DNA of 51,836 bases from Acidobacteriota bacterium. GTDB taxonomy: Bacteria; Acidobacteriota; UBA6911; RPQK01; JAPXNP01. The stretch is from positions 1-51,836 of the forward strand of contig JAUVSF010000001.1 of the NCBI GenBank assembly GCA_030597245.1, written 5' to 3'. Every line of letters starts with the position of its first letter. Position 1 is the stretch's first letter. Below are positions 36,780 to 45,646 of the stretch, piece after piece. A program made the position numbers and the translations under genes. Under the pieces are notes generated by a model. It did no database searches and was not told where the DNA came from. It saw only the letters and a list, made by a program, of their open reading frames with translations.

Positions 36780-36986
36780 TGCTGAAAATTCAACATAATG
36801 ATGACTTAGTCGAACGCCGATTTGTAGAGATTATAGCTCAACCCGAGCTGTCCTACGGACACTCCGCTTTATGTGAGTTACGATCGAAGGTTTGAAACTG
36901 GCATACTGTTTGCCAGATACCAGATGGCGGGGTGGCGTCAACCGTTGACCGCTAACCGATAACCGTTAACCGGTCCCAACTCCCAT

Positions 36987-38333
36987 TCATTGCTTGATCA
37001 CGGTTCCGTCACGGCGTCGTATGACGCCCCAACCGCCATTGTAGTCAAGACGTTCACCCTTCTCGAAGCTGCCGTATGGGTACTTCTTTGCGGCTTTCTC
37101 GTCAATCTCGATCCCCCACCCTGGCGATTCGTTGGCGTAAAGGTATCCATTCTTAAGAGTCGGACAACCTTCGAAAACCTCCAAGACCCTATCCGGGAAA
37201 CGGTAATACTCTTGGACGCCAAAGTTGTGGCAAGCCAGATCGAGGGCCAGGTTGGCGGCATGGCCGATGGGCGACACGTCCCCAGGCCCGTGCCACGCCG
37301 TTCGGACTCCGAAGAGCTCTGCGAACGCAGCGAGCTTTCGGCAGGGGGTCAAGCCTCCCGCCTGCGAAAGGTGGACACGAATAAAATCAATAAGTCCCTC
37401 GGCAATTAACGGCGTCCACTCATGTGGGCTGTTGAATAACTCCCCCATAGCAATCGGAGTTGTCGAGTGGTTGCGCAGATGCCTGAACCACCGTATATCC
37501 TCGGGCGAAACGGGGTCTTCAAGGAAGAACAGCCTGAACCTTTCCACGTCTTTGGCGAGTTGAAGAGCTAAGGTAGGCGGAATCCTTTCGTGAACATCGT
37601 GGAGCAGCTCGATCTCATCTCCCAGGCTCTCGCGACACGCCTCCAGCAGGTCAAGAGCTCGTCGAATGTAGGCAACCGGCTCGAAGACAGGCTGGTCGTG
37701 GAGCTTCGTCACGGCTGCGCTCCCAGCCCTCGAACCATAACCTGCCATCCCAGGGACTCCAACCTGAACCCGGACATGCCGGAATCCTTTGTCCATCAGC
37801 TGCTGTGCACGGTCAACCACTTGTTCGATCTCGGAACCTGACGCGTGAGCGTAACAGTCAGCCGCTTCCCTGCATTTTCCTCCCAGCAATCGGTAGACGG
37901 GCATTCCTGCCTGGCGCCCGCAAATGTCCCAGAGAGCCGTGTCGATGCCGCTGATGGCATTGTTGAGGACCGGACCGTTACGCCAATACGAACTGCCGTA
38001 ACACAACTGCCAGGTGTCTTCGATTCGGTCTGCGGGGCGGCCGACGAGTAGGGGTTTCAGATAGCGTTCTACGGCAGCGACAACCAGATCAGCTCTTTGA
38101 GTGAAAGTTGCGCATCCGTAACCGTAGAGTCCGTCCTGGTCGGTCCGCACTCTCACAACTGTGAGCCGAAGGCCTGCCGGAGCCGTCGCAATCACATCAA
38201 TATCCTGGATTCGCGGAGAAGGCATTCCCCGCCGACCTCCTGGAACAGCTCTCTGAGCGAATAATCCGCTCGAGACAGCGGTGCTTCCCAGAAGACTTCC
38301 ATTCAGCAATTTGACAAAATCACGCCGCTTCAT
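36987..38333 (-). CDS. enolase-superfamily dehydratase (D-mannonate/D-galactonate dehydratase-like, RspA-type) carrying a TAT signal
   Basis: MKRRDFVKLLNGSLLGSTAVSSGLFAQ signal. LLHDVHERIPP, FFLEDP, IAMGELF metal-ligand regions. Strong GGAGGAGG lies upstream of ATG 38333. Confidence 0.85.
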   Translation of the reverse strand: MKRRDFVKLLNGSLLGSTAVSSGLFAQRAVPGGRRGMPSPRIQDIDVIATAPAGLRLTVVRVRTDQDGLYGYGCATFTQRADLVVAAVERYLKPLLVGRPADRIEDTWQLCYGSSYWRNGPVLNNAISGIDTALWDICGRQAGMPVYRLLGGKCREAADCYAHASGSEIEQVVDRAQQLMDKGFRHVRVQVGVPGMAGYGSRAGSAAVTKLHDQPVFEPVAYIRRALDLLEACRESLGDEIELLHDVHERIPPTLALQLAKDVERFRLFFLEDPVSPEDIRWFRHLRNHSTTPIAMGELFNSPHEWTPLIAEGLIDFIRVHLSQAGGLTPCRKLAAFAELFGVRTAWHGPGDVSPIGHAANLALDLACHNFGVQEYYRFPDRVLEVFEGCPTLKNGYLYANESPGWGIEIDEKAAKKYPYGSFEKGERLDYNGGWGVIRRRDGTVIKQ

Positions 38334-38484
38334 TTCTCTCCTCCTCCCGGAAGCCAGCTGCACTTCCAAAGGTTATCCAGCCCTTCTTCTGAACTGACGT
38401 CCTGCTACACATAACGGGACGGAAGCCCCGATTCCGGCGGGGATAGGGGTGCTGCGAACGAACTATTTCGACCTGAGACTCAAT

Positions 38485-39729
38485 TCACTCGCCTTGTTTG
38501 TTGAGCCAAATGTCCAGCCTGGGTGCTTCCCATTTGTAGGGTTTGCCAAGGATATCGATGTCGCCGTCTCCATCAAGATCTACGACCCGTGATTCGTGAA
38601 GTCCGTAACCGGAGGAAACGACATGTTCCTCGAACCCCCCTTTCCCATCGCCAAGGAGAATCCGCGTTTTCGCCTCCGGATTCTTTCCCAGCCTCATCTC
38701 AGCCACGAAAATGTCCAGATTCCCGTCCCCGTCCACATCGATTATGTCGAGACTATGGCCATCCCGCACGAATTCGATGAGTTCACTGCTCACCCATTCC
38801 GTTCCAACCCACTGGTAAAGGATCAGGGGTGCAGTCCCATCTCCAACCACTAAAACAACCTCCGGCCGGCCACCCTCGATCAATTGCCCGGCCGCAACGC
38901 GCGAGAACGCATAGCTGCTGTCAATCACATGAACCTGGAAGATCATGGCCTGAACATGTTGAAACCAACGACCTCCGCCAAGGATATCCATCTTCCCGTC
39001 TCCATCGATGTCAGCACTAGCGAGTCCCTCGTGTTCGTTAACTTTCTTCCAACTCGGGTATTCACCCCTCTGAGCTGGTTCTTCATCAGAGGAATAGGCA
39101 TAAATTACCGACAAATCCCAGGGTTCTGCGATTGGTAACTTGGGAACCTCGGCTAAATACAACTTCTGATCGCCTTGGTTCCAAAACACGAGCTCCTGAT
39201 CACCGTCTCCGTCAAAATCGCCAAACAACTGATCGTGGTGTTTGGCAGCACCTGCATTCTTAATTGAATGGCGTTTCCATCCTCGTCCGTGTTCAAATTC
39301 CGGGTAGGGATTCTCCCACCACCATAGGTGGTTACTCCCGGAATCCCCGCCAAAGACGACGTCCGAATCACCGTCTTGGTCGATGTCATGCACGGCTGAA
39401 CCAGCCTCGATTCGAAGCGCAGCCTCTTCTACGACGTAGCGATCCCAGCCTCTCGCGGTATGCCGGTACCACACCACTGCCGGGGCCTGAGTCCGTTCGG
39501 CGACGAGGAAGTCAACGGTTCCATCCAGGTCAACATCGAACACAGCTGTGGCGGTTTGCTGGCCGCCGGCATTGGGTGGCTCTAATGTGCCATCAAGACT
39601 CGAAAAGTGTGTCCAAGACAGCATACCGGCTCCCGAGTCTTTCTCCTCTGGTTTCTCCCCCGAACAGGCAATTACCACCGAAAACAGAACGCACGCCAAG
39701 CAGGAGGCTATCCAGGTTCGCGCAGTCAT
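38485..39729 (-). CDS. FG-GAP/VCBS repeat lipoprotein
   Basis: Lipobox VVIACSG. Six DxDxDG-type calcium-loop repeats: DVDLDGTVD, DIDQDGDSD, GDFDGDGDQE, DIDGDGKMD, DVDGDGNLD, DLDGDGDID. Confidence 0.85.
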   Translation of the reverse strand: MTARTWIASCLACVLFSVVIACSGEKPEEKDSGAGMLSWTHFSSLDGTLEPPNAGGQQTATAVFDVDLDGTVDFLVAERTQAPAVVWYRHTARGWDRYVVEEAALRIEAGSAVHDIDQDGDSDVVFGGDSGSNHLWWWENPYPEFEHGRGWKRHSIKNAGAAKHHDQLFGDFDGDGDQELVFWNQGDQKLYLAEVPKLPIAEPWDLSVIYAYSSDEEPAQRGEYPSWKKVNEHEGLASADIDGDGKMDILGGGRWFQHVQAMIFQVHVIDSSYAFSRVAAGQLIEGGRPEVVLVVGDGTAPLILYQWVGTEWVSSELIEFVRDGHSLDIIDVDGDGNLDIFVAEMRLGKNPEAKTRILLGDGKGGFEEHVVSSGYGLHESRVVDLDGDGDIDILGKPYKWEAPRLDIWLNKQGE

Positions 39730-39886
39730 ATCGTCACCTCTGAGCATCACAACTGTTAAGGTAGCACCAACCCAAACCCAAGGCACGTTTTTTTGTTTTT
39801 GCCGCTGCCCTGCGCCGGTAGTAGAATTGTAAGAAAAAGAGACGAGTGGCTCTTCGCCCGAGTCTTATCGATGATCTTTTGGAAAG

Positions 39887-40858
39887 ATGACGAAATCGAC
39901 AAGCTGGCCCTGTATTGTGACTCTGATTCTCCTGCTGATCGCCGCGCTTGAAGCCGCGGATCTGTATGAACTTCGCGGTCAGGTGGTTCTCCCTGAGGGA
40001 AGGCCGCTCAGCGATGGGTTTGTCTTTCTGGAAGGTGCCACCTCCCCCTTTTCGAGCAGTACTCGAACCGCACTCGACGGAAGTTTCAAATTCAAGAAGC
40101 TCGATCCGGCGACGTATCGGATTCAGATCGTAACGTCTTGGGGCGAAATGGAGCGGTCCATCGAGATTGGACCCAGTTCAGCTGACAAGAAAGGGCGAAT
40201 CAAGATCGCATTTAAGTTTGAACCTCAGTTCCATCCTGAAGAACGAGCGACAGTTTCACTGAGGCAGCTTACTATCCCTGAGGAAGCAGAAGAAGAATAC
40301 CGAAAGGCAATCACGTCTCTTAACCAGAAGAAGACCGAAGAGGCGATTGAACACCTACAGAAGGCGCTTGAGCTGGCTCCTCATTATTCCATTGCGTTGA
40401 ATCGCCTGGGTACCATCTCCTACATGTCTCAAAACTACGTCCAGGCTGAAACCTATTTCAGGCAAGCGCTCAAACACGCTCCAGACAGCTACCCCCCCGT
40501 GGTCAACCTCGGGGGCGCTTTACACTCGCAGGGAAAACTGGAGGAAGCTTTGGAAATGAATCGCCGGGCCGTACAGATGAGGCCCCAGGATCCCTTGGCG
40601 CGGAGCCAGTTGGGGCAAACCTACTGGGCTCTGGGTCAACTCGATCCGGCTGTCAAGGAGTTAAAACTTGCCAAAGCGCTCGACCCCGGCCATTTCTCCT
40701 GCCCGCAGTTGGTCCTCGCGGAAATATACGATCAGCGTAAGGACTACGAGGGTGTGGTCAGGGAACTGGAGGAGTTCCTTGATGAGCATCCCGATTCTCC
40801 TCTTTCCGGGAGAGTGGCGGAGAGCCTGAATCGGGTCCGTTCCAAGCAGTCGCCCTGA
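39887..40858 (+). CDS. secreted protein: carboxypeptidase-regulatory-like beta-sandwich plus TPR repeats
   Basis: Signal peptide, then LRGQVVLPEGRPLSDGFVFLEG...YRIQIV, then four to five TPR units (AIEHLQKALELAPHY...). Confidence 0.78.
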   Translation: MTKSTSWPCIVTLILLLIAALEAADLYELRGQVVLPEGRPLSDGFVFLEGATSPFSSSTRTALDGSFKFKKLDPATYRIQIVTSWGEMERSIEIGPSSADKKGRIKIAFKFEPQFHPEERATVSLRQLTIPEEAEEEYRKAITSLNQKKTEEAIEHLQKALELAPHYSIALNRLGTISYMSQNYVQAETYFRQALKHAPDSYPPVVNLGGALHSQGKLEEALEMNRRAVQMRPQDPLARSQLGQTYWALGQLDPAVKELKLAKALDPGHFSCPQLVLAEIYDQRKDYEGVVRELEEFLDEHPDSPLSGRVAESLNRVRSKQSP

Positions 40859-40959
40859 ACCAAGAGACTTGTACTCAGTGTGGCAAATGTCTTTGAATCC
40901 GGCGCGAATGAGAGTATTTTTGTCTTATCAATCAATATTCCTGATGGGAGGGTCCAACT

Positions 40960-41430
40960 ATGCCTGTTAGTCGACTCAAGGAATACCTGGACAGTCACAA
41001 CATCCGTTACGTAACCATCAGTCATTCACCTGCTTACACCGCACAGGGAATTGCCGCGTCAGCGCATATCAAAGGAAAGGAGCTGGCGAAGACGGTGATG
41101 ATCAAAATCGCGGGTAAGATGGCGATGGCAGTTCTGCCGGCACCACTGAAGGTTGATTTCGACCTTCTAAGGGCTGCGGCTGGAACAGATGAAATCGAGC
41201 TGGCCGGTGAGGAGGAGTTCCAAAGCATGTTTCCTGGTTGCGAGGTCGGAGCAATGCCACCCTTCGGCAACCTTTACGGCATGGACGTTTATGTTGCCGA
41301 AAGCCTTGCCGAGGACGAGGAGATAGCCTTCAACGCCGGCTCGCATACTGAATTGATCAAGATGGCTTACGAAGACTTTGAATCTCTCGTCAAGCCGACC
41401 CTGGGCGGGTTCGCTTCTCATCACGATTAA
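40960..41430 (+). CDS. YbaK/aminoacyl-tRNA-synthetase-associated (deacylase-like) domain protein
   Basis: 156 aa. LAKTVMIKIAGKMAMAVLPA...GAMPPFGNLYGMDVYV pattern typical of the YbaK/EbsC/ProX fold. Confidence 0.75.
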   Translation: MPVSRLKEYLDSHNIRYVTISHSPAYTAQGIAASAHIKGKELAKTVMIKIAGKMAMAVLPAPLKVDFDLLRAAAGTDEIELAGEEEFQSMFPGCEVGAMPPFGNLYGMDVYVAESLAEDEEIAFNAGSHTELIKMAYEDFESLVKPTLGGFASHHD

Positions 41431-41711
41431 CTCCAGAGGGAGTTGAGGATACCGAGGGCCCGCATTTCTCACCAGCCGCCTGCTGCGTCACCGGGGGCAT
41501 CCGCGCCTTCGGAGCTATTCTCGGACCTAAGGGCCTTGGCAGGGTGGGCCTGGCCAATCGCTCAGTGGGGAAAGGCACTCGCAGAGCGGTTTGTTGGAGG
41601 TGAACGAAGGAGTTTACCCCAGGAAATGGCTGTAAGTTGTTGAAAAACGGTTGTGAGGGGAAGGTGCCAGGTCGAATTTACCCCGTTATCGACAGAAACG
41701 CACAGATTCAG

Positions 41712-41864
41712 CCGCCCAGGAATCCTACGGAGGGCGGATCTGCGGGAATCATGCCGTCCCGCCAGGCGGGACTCCTGTGAGGGGATCGCCGGTAACCCAG
41801 GGCTGGCCCTCCTTCGTCGGGCACTCGCCCTGGGCTCCACACATATCGCCCCGCGAGGCGGGGC
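41712..41864. repeat. cluster of four GC-rich hairpins in a gene-free region
   Basis: ccgccc/gggcgg (41712-41737); gtcccgcc/ggcgggac (41756-41772); cccagggc/gccctggg (41796-41834); gccccgc/gcggggc (41848-41864). Confidence 0.6.
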
Positions 41865-42325
41865 TCCGAAAACGCAACGGGGAATGACAAGTGGCATCCG
41901 CCTTCGCTCTTTTTCTTCCTATGTCTTGACCACACACACCAGGACATCCGGCATCTGGCATCTAAGACGATTGTCTTAACCCTCGAAGTGCTCTTGTCAA
42001 CCTGAATGTGCCTGGTACCGGGTATTTCAACGGACTTAGAAACCTCTACAGCGCGAATGCCTCTGGGCCGGGAACCTGCGCTCAGTCAGATTGGGAGTCT
42101 GATGAAATCGCCCAATTTGGCTTCGACTCCAATTCCTCGTATCCTGTTGATACGTCAGGGGTTGATATGCAGTCCAATCTAGTCCGTTCATGCTCAAAAC
42201 CATACTGTGTGCCGCTAGGTCTGCCCGAAATCGTCCCGCATACCCTGAGAAGTCTCTATTTTGCACACTCTTAGGACTTCATCTCTGGCATGGTTGGGGG
42301 CAAAATGGGCATATCTCTGGGTGGT

Positions 42326-42366
42326 CTGACTGGCCAATAACTTTTCCCCAGTTTTTGGCCAGTCAG
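42326..42366 (-). terminator. perfect 12-bp hairpin just downstream of the S51 gene
   Basis: ctgactggccaa-17 nt-ttggccagtcag, beginning 19 nt after the stop at 42385. There is no U-run, so intrinsic-terminator function is uncertain. Confidence 0.4.
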
Positions 42367-42384
42367 AACAGGTCCATCGCCTTG

Positions 42385-43110
42385 TTAGCCAGCTCCTTCC
42401 TCCGTAGGAAGGTTGCGGAGATACCGAACTTGCAGAGCCTCCTCATGCACATCTCCATCGTCAGTCGGCTTGACTCGGTATGCTTTGGCCTGAGGGCGAG
42501 AGGCTACAACCGCATGTATTTCCTCGCCAACGAAGTGAATTGCGGCCCCGATATCAATAGCAAATCCCGCTTGAATTTCTCCCCTCTGGACGAAGCCGTG
42601 GTAGGCAGGTCTGCGGTCTGCCTCACCGTCGTAGTGCGGGCAACAGCTACCCGGGATCAAACCGAGAGCGGGGAGGACAGTCATACCGTGCGCGAAGGAG
42701 TCAGTGACTCCCTGCTCGAACCAACAAAGAGCGCCTCCACATACCCCCGCTAGAACAACTCCACTGTTCCACGCGGTGAGTAGCAGTTCTGGAATGCCCC
42801 ACTCGCGCCAGACGGCAAGCATACTCTTGGAATTGCCGCCCCCGACATAAATAACGTCTTGCGAGAGGAGCAGCGCTGACAGGTCTGGCGTTCTCCTAAA
42901 GAGGGAAAGGTGGGACGGCTTGCAGTTGTAACGGGAGCACGCCGAATAGAAAGCAACAACCGCGCTGTCGGGAGCCGCTGACCCTGTGGGAAGGAAACAC
43001 ACAGAAGGATGCGGTTTGGCGGCCTGTTGGAGAACGTATAGGTCGAGCGTCGGGTTATCTGGTTCCTCCAGAAAACCCCCTCCGCCGATTGCGATGATCT
43101 GCCGTGTCAT
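42385..43110 (-). CDS. peptidase S51 (dipeptidase E / cyanophycinase-like) family protein with Cys at the nucleophile position
   Basis: MTRQIIAIGGGGF, IYVGGGNSKSM, LAGVCGGALCW (aligns to GWSAGAN of PepE), CCPHYD (aligns to INPHF). The track ORF extends to 43194. Confidence 0.8.
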   Translation of the reverse strand: MTRQIIAIGGGGFLEEPDNPTLDLYVLQQAAKPHPSVCFLPTGSAAPDSAVVAFYSACSRYNCKPSHLSLFRRTPDLSALLLSQDVIYVGGGNSKSMLAVWREWGIPELLLTAWNSGVVLAGVCGGALCWFEQGVTDSFAHGMTVLPALGLIPGSCCPHYDGEADRRPAYHGFVQRGEIQAGFAIDIGAAIHFVGEEIHAVVASRPQAKAYRVKPTDDGDVHEEALQVRYLRNLPTEEGAG

Positions 43111-43203
43111 GTTCGCCACCATATTACGCGCGCAACGAGGTGTCCAGATGTCTGGCCAATTACCAATAACAAGACTCCGAGTATTAGGAGGCATCCCATT
43201 AGC

Positions 43204-43515
43204 TCAGTCATACTCTTGCTCCTCCATCGCCTCATCAATTGCGTCAGTGAGGCTCTCTCTCGTAACGGGCTCTCTGTCTGAACTAAACTCGATCTCGATG
43301 TACTTGTACTTATCAGGGCCGATCCAGTCAGTCGCTGTAACACCACAAACATCGCCCTGTTTTAATGCGTGTTCGAGATCCTCCAGCCGCTTCTTGTCGG
43401 CTTCGAGTTGGGCGATGTACTGCTGAATCGTATAAGCACAGACCCTGCCATCCTCCGAAGATTCGCAACACTCAGAAAGCCACTCTCTGGCGATTTCAAT
43501 TTGTTGCTCACTCAT
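43204..43515 (-). CDS. acidic hypothetical protein (103 aa)
   Basis: Its ATG overlaps the stop of the upstream 52-aa ORF as ATGA. I recognise no family. Confidence 0.55.
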   Translation of the reverse strand: MSEQQIEIAREWLSECCESSEDGRVCAYTIQQYIAQLEADKKRLEDLEHALKQGDVCGVTATDWIGPDKYKYIEIEFSSDREPVTRESLTDAIDEAMEEQEYD

Positions 43516-43670
43516 AACCCCTCCCTAAATGCCCACCTCGTAAGCAAACAGAAGATCCCGAAAGCGATCACCACCAGCGCAAACAAGCTCCGTCTGATCT
43601 CGTTAAGCTGTTCCTGGATAGAATTGCCGACACTTGTTGATAAGTGTGGGCGCTCTGTCTGCTCACTCAT
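43512..43670 (-). CDS. 52-aa single-pass membrane protein (not in supplied ORF track)
   Basis: Own translation: MSEQTERPHLSTSVGNSIQEQLNEIRRSLFALVVIAFGIFCLLTRWAFREGL. ATGA overlaps with both neighbouring genes (43667-43670 and 43512-43515). Confidence 0.55.
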   Translation of the reverse strand: MSEQTERPHLSTSVGNSIQEQLNEIRRSLFALVVIAFGIFCLLTRWAFREGL

Positions 43671-44443
43671 TGGTACAAACTCTCAATCTCCCGATCCTCG
43701 AATCGGGTGAGCTCTTCTTTGGTCACTGGCTCCTCACCCTCATCAATCCAGATCGGGAAATACCGGTCACGAGTGAAGAGATTGAGAATGCTCCAGCCAG
43801 GGTTGGGACACCAGAACCGATGCAGCGGTGAAGGTGCTTCCTTGAATCGCTGCTCATACCACTTGTGAGCCATTCGCTTCGAGTTGTAGACATCGACGTA
43901 GTGAAGCAACTGCTCTTCGGAGTATCCGCTCTTGATCCGCTTGAGGATCTTCTTCCTGGCCGACTCCTCTGGGCCCAAAGCTGTGAAACCTCTCCAATGG
44001 CCATACTCCAGACAGTGGCTCGAAATCCTATCTTCAACAGCCTCTCGGGAGCCGTTTTCGGCCCCGAGGACAGGTATTGCTTCTCTATGCTTCTTTAAGA
44101 ATGTATCGTTTACCGTATCACTTTCAAATGGCCTGAGAATCGTGATAATTGACCTCTGATGGCGATGCTGACTTCTTGATTCGACGTGCAAGGAGCCCCG
44201 CTTCTCTCGTAGTTTTAACCATCGGTTAACTTTCATCTGGTCCCACTGCCAACGTTTGGCCAGAAACCTGGCAGTTACCTCAGCCTGGTCCTTCTTCAGG
44301 TTGTCTGTATCCACTCCCTGGGCCAACAGCACAGAGAGATCGATCCATGCTTCCATCTTACTGAATGGCTGTTTTGTATTTCCCGGCCAGTCTGGATCCC
44401 TCATAAGATCCTCCCGCCAGACCTTTACCCAACCTCTGCTCAA
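43667..44443 (-). CDS. phage/plasmid replication-protein-like winged-helix protein
   Basis: N-terminus RGWVKVWREDL...FSKMEAWIDLSVLLA...TARFLAKRWQWDQMKVNRWLKLREKRG matches the common phage replication/DnaD-like wHTH pattern. The C-terminal part (ILKRIKSGYSEEQLLHYVD...W) resembles a conserved phage C-terminal domain. Confidence 0.65.
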   Translation of the reverse strand: MSRGWVKVWREDLMRDPDWPGNTKQPFSKMEAWIDLSVLLAQGVDTDNLKKDQAEVTARFLAKRWQWDQMKVNRWLKLREKRGSLHVESRSQHRHQRSIITILRPFESDTVNDTFLKKHREAIPVLGAENGSREAVEDRISSHCLEYGHWRGFTALGPEESARKKILKRIKSGYSEEQLLHYVDVYNSKRMAHKWYEQRFKEAPSPLHRFWCPNPGWSILNLFTRDRYFPIWIDEGEEPVTKEELTRFEDREIESLYQ

Positions 44444-44548
44444 ATTCTCTCCCCATTCCAGCCAGACTTTGAAAAAGTGAAATCACGAATAGGCTTACTT
44501 TAGGTAAGCCCGCTTTCGTCCCGAACGATATGTAATAATCTGTACTGA

Positions 44549-44647
44549 TCTGTCGCGTTCTGTGCAAAGCGGGGAAGGTGGAGATCCCGCTAAGTGTTAC
44601 AAAAGATAACGTTTTGCCGTGTTCTGTCGTGTTTTGTGCAGTAGCGG
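44549..44647. repeat. pair of ~24-bp direct repeats (iteron/operator-like)
   Basis: tctgtcgcgttctgtgcaaagcgg (44549-44572) and tctgtcgtgttttgtgcagtagcgg (44623-44647). Extra TCTGT words lie nearby. Located in the divergent intergenic region. Confidence 0.6.
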
Positions 44648-44715
44648 ATTTAAGATTGGGAGTCTGCTAGAATGGGGCTGATCGGCAGTTACTTCTGGGC
44701 CGGAGAGAACCGACG

Positions 44716-45591
44716 ATGCAAGCACCTGATCAAGTTGGACAAGAGGACCTGGACTCCTCTCAATTTCCTTTTCCCAGAACCTACAAGATTGCTTTTGCGG
44801 TTTGCCTGCTGCTGGTGGGTTGCCTCGGTGTTGCAGCGTTCTACCTCTATAGCCGTGCGCAAGAAGCCGAACAGCAGCTAGCCGAGCTCAATCAATTAGT
44901 CACCGACTTGACCGAGAGTGTCGAACGCGCGACTGAGTCGGCTGCGATCGCTCGATCGGCCTCGGCCCAGGCCGAGGGGCTGGCTCAGCTTGCGGCTCGT
45001 GGCCGGGCAATTGCTGGAGCATCCCAGAGAGCCTCTGAGTTGCGAGCCAGGGGAGCAGAAGAAGAAGCTGAAGAGGCACTCGAATTGGCTCACGAAAGAC
45101 AGCAGGAACTGAGCCGATTACGCCGGCAGAGAAGAGAAGAACTTAACCGTCTTCAGAAGGCCTTGAATAGGATAGTCGAAACTCGTCGTACCGCTCTTGG
45201 GCTGGTAATGAATCTGGGAAGTGACACGCTAAAGTTCGATTTTGACAGGGCGACCCTCCGGCCGGAGAATCGTGAAATCCTGAGTAGGATAGCCGGTGTC
45301 CTCTTAACCTCGGCTGGGTACAGAGTTCAGATCTATGGCCACACCGACGATATTGGGACCACCGAGTACAATCAGGAGTTATCAGAGAGACGCGCGGCAA
45401 CCGTAAAAGAGTACCTGGCAAAAGCGGGCATCGATCCCGGGATTATTGCGACTAAAGGCTTTGGTAAATCCAACCCTCTCGTCCCTGAGACTTCACACAA
45501 AGCCCGGTCGATGAATCGTCGTGTCGAGATTGGAATTATCGACACTACGGTGAGCTACGAAGGTGTCGCAGGCGAAACTGCGACCCCGTAG
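44716..45591 (+). CDS. OmpA-family (OmpA_C-like peptidoglycan-binding) protein with TM anchor and coiled coil
   Basis: TM segment IAFAVCLLLVGCLGVAAFYLY, an A/E/R-rich coiled coil, then FDFDRATLRPE...GHTDDIGTTEYNQELSERRAATV...NRRVEI. Confidence 0.88.
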   Translation: MQAPDQVGQEDLDSSQFPFPRTYKIAFAVCLLLVGCLGVAAFYLYSRAQEAEQQLAELNQLVTDLTESVERATESAAIARSASAQAEGLAQLAARGRAIAGASQRASELRARGAEEEAEEALELAHERQQELSRLRRQRREELNRLQKALNRIVETRRTALGLVMNLGSDTLKFDFDRATLRPENREILSRIAGVLLTSAGYRVQIYGHTDDIGTTEYNQELSERRAATVKEYLAKAGIDPGIIATKGFGKSNPLVPETSHKARSMNRRVEIGIIDTTVSYEGVAGETATP

Positions 45592-45646
45592 CCAGACCGG
45601 ATTCCTCACTTCGCGGCCGTTGCGTAGAGAATCATTTGTTCAGGTT

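Noticed and set aside
41431-44715. tRNA, tmRNA or RNase P RNA as an integration target next to the phage-like remnant
   Set aside because: I saw no T-arm (GGTTCGAnnCC) or acceptor/CCA-like pattern, no tmRNA tag-reading-frame signature, and no RNase P conserved blocks (GAGGAAAGTCC) on either strand.
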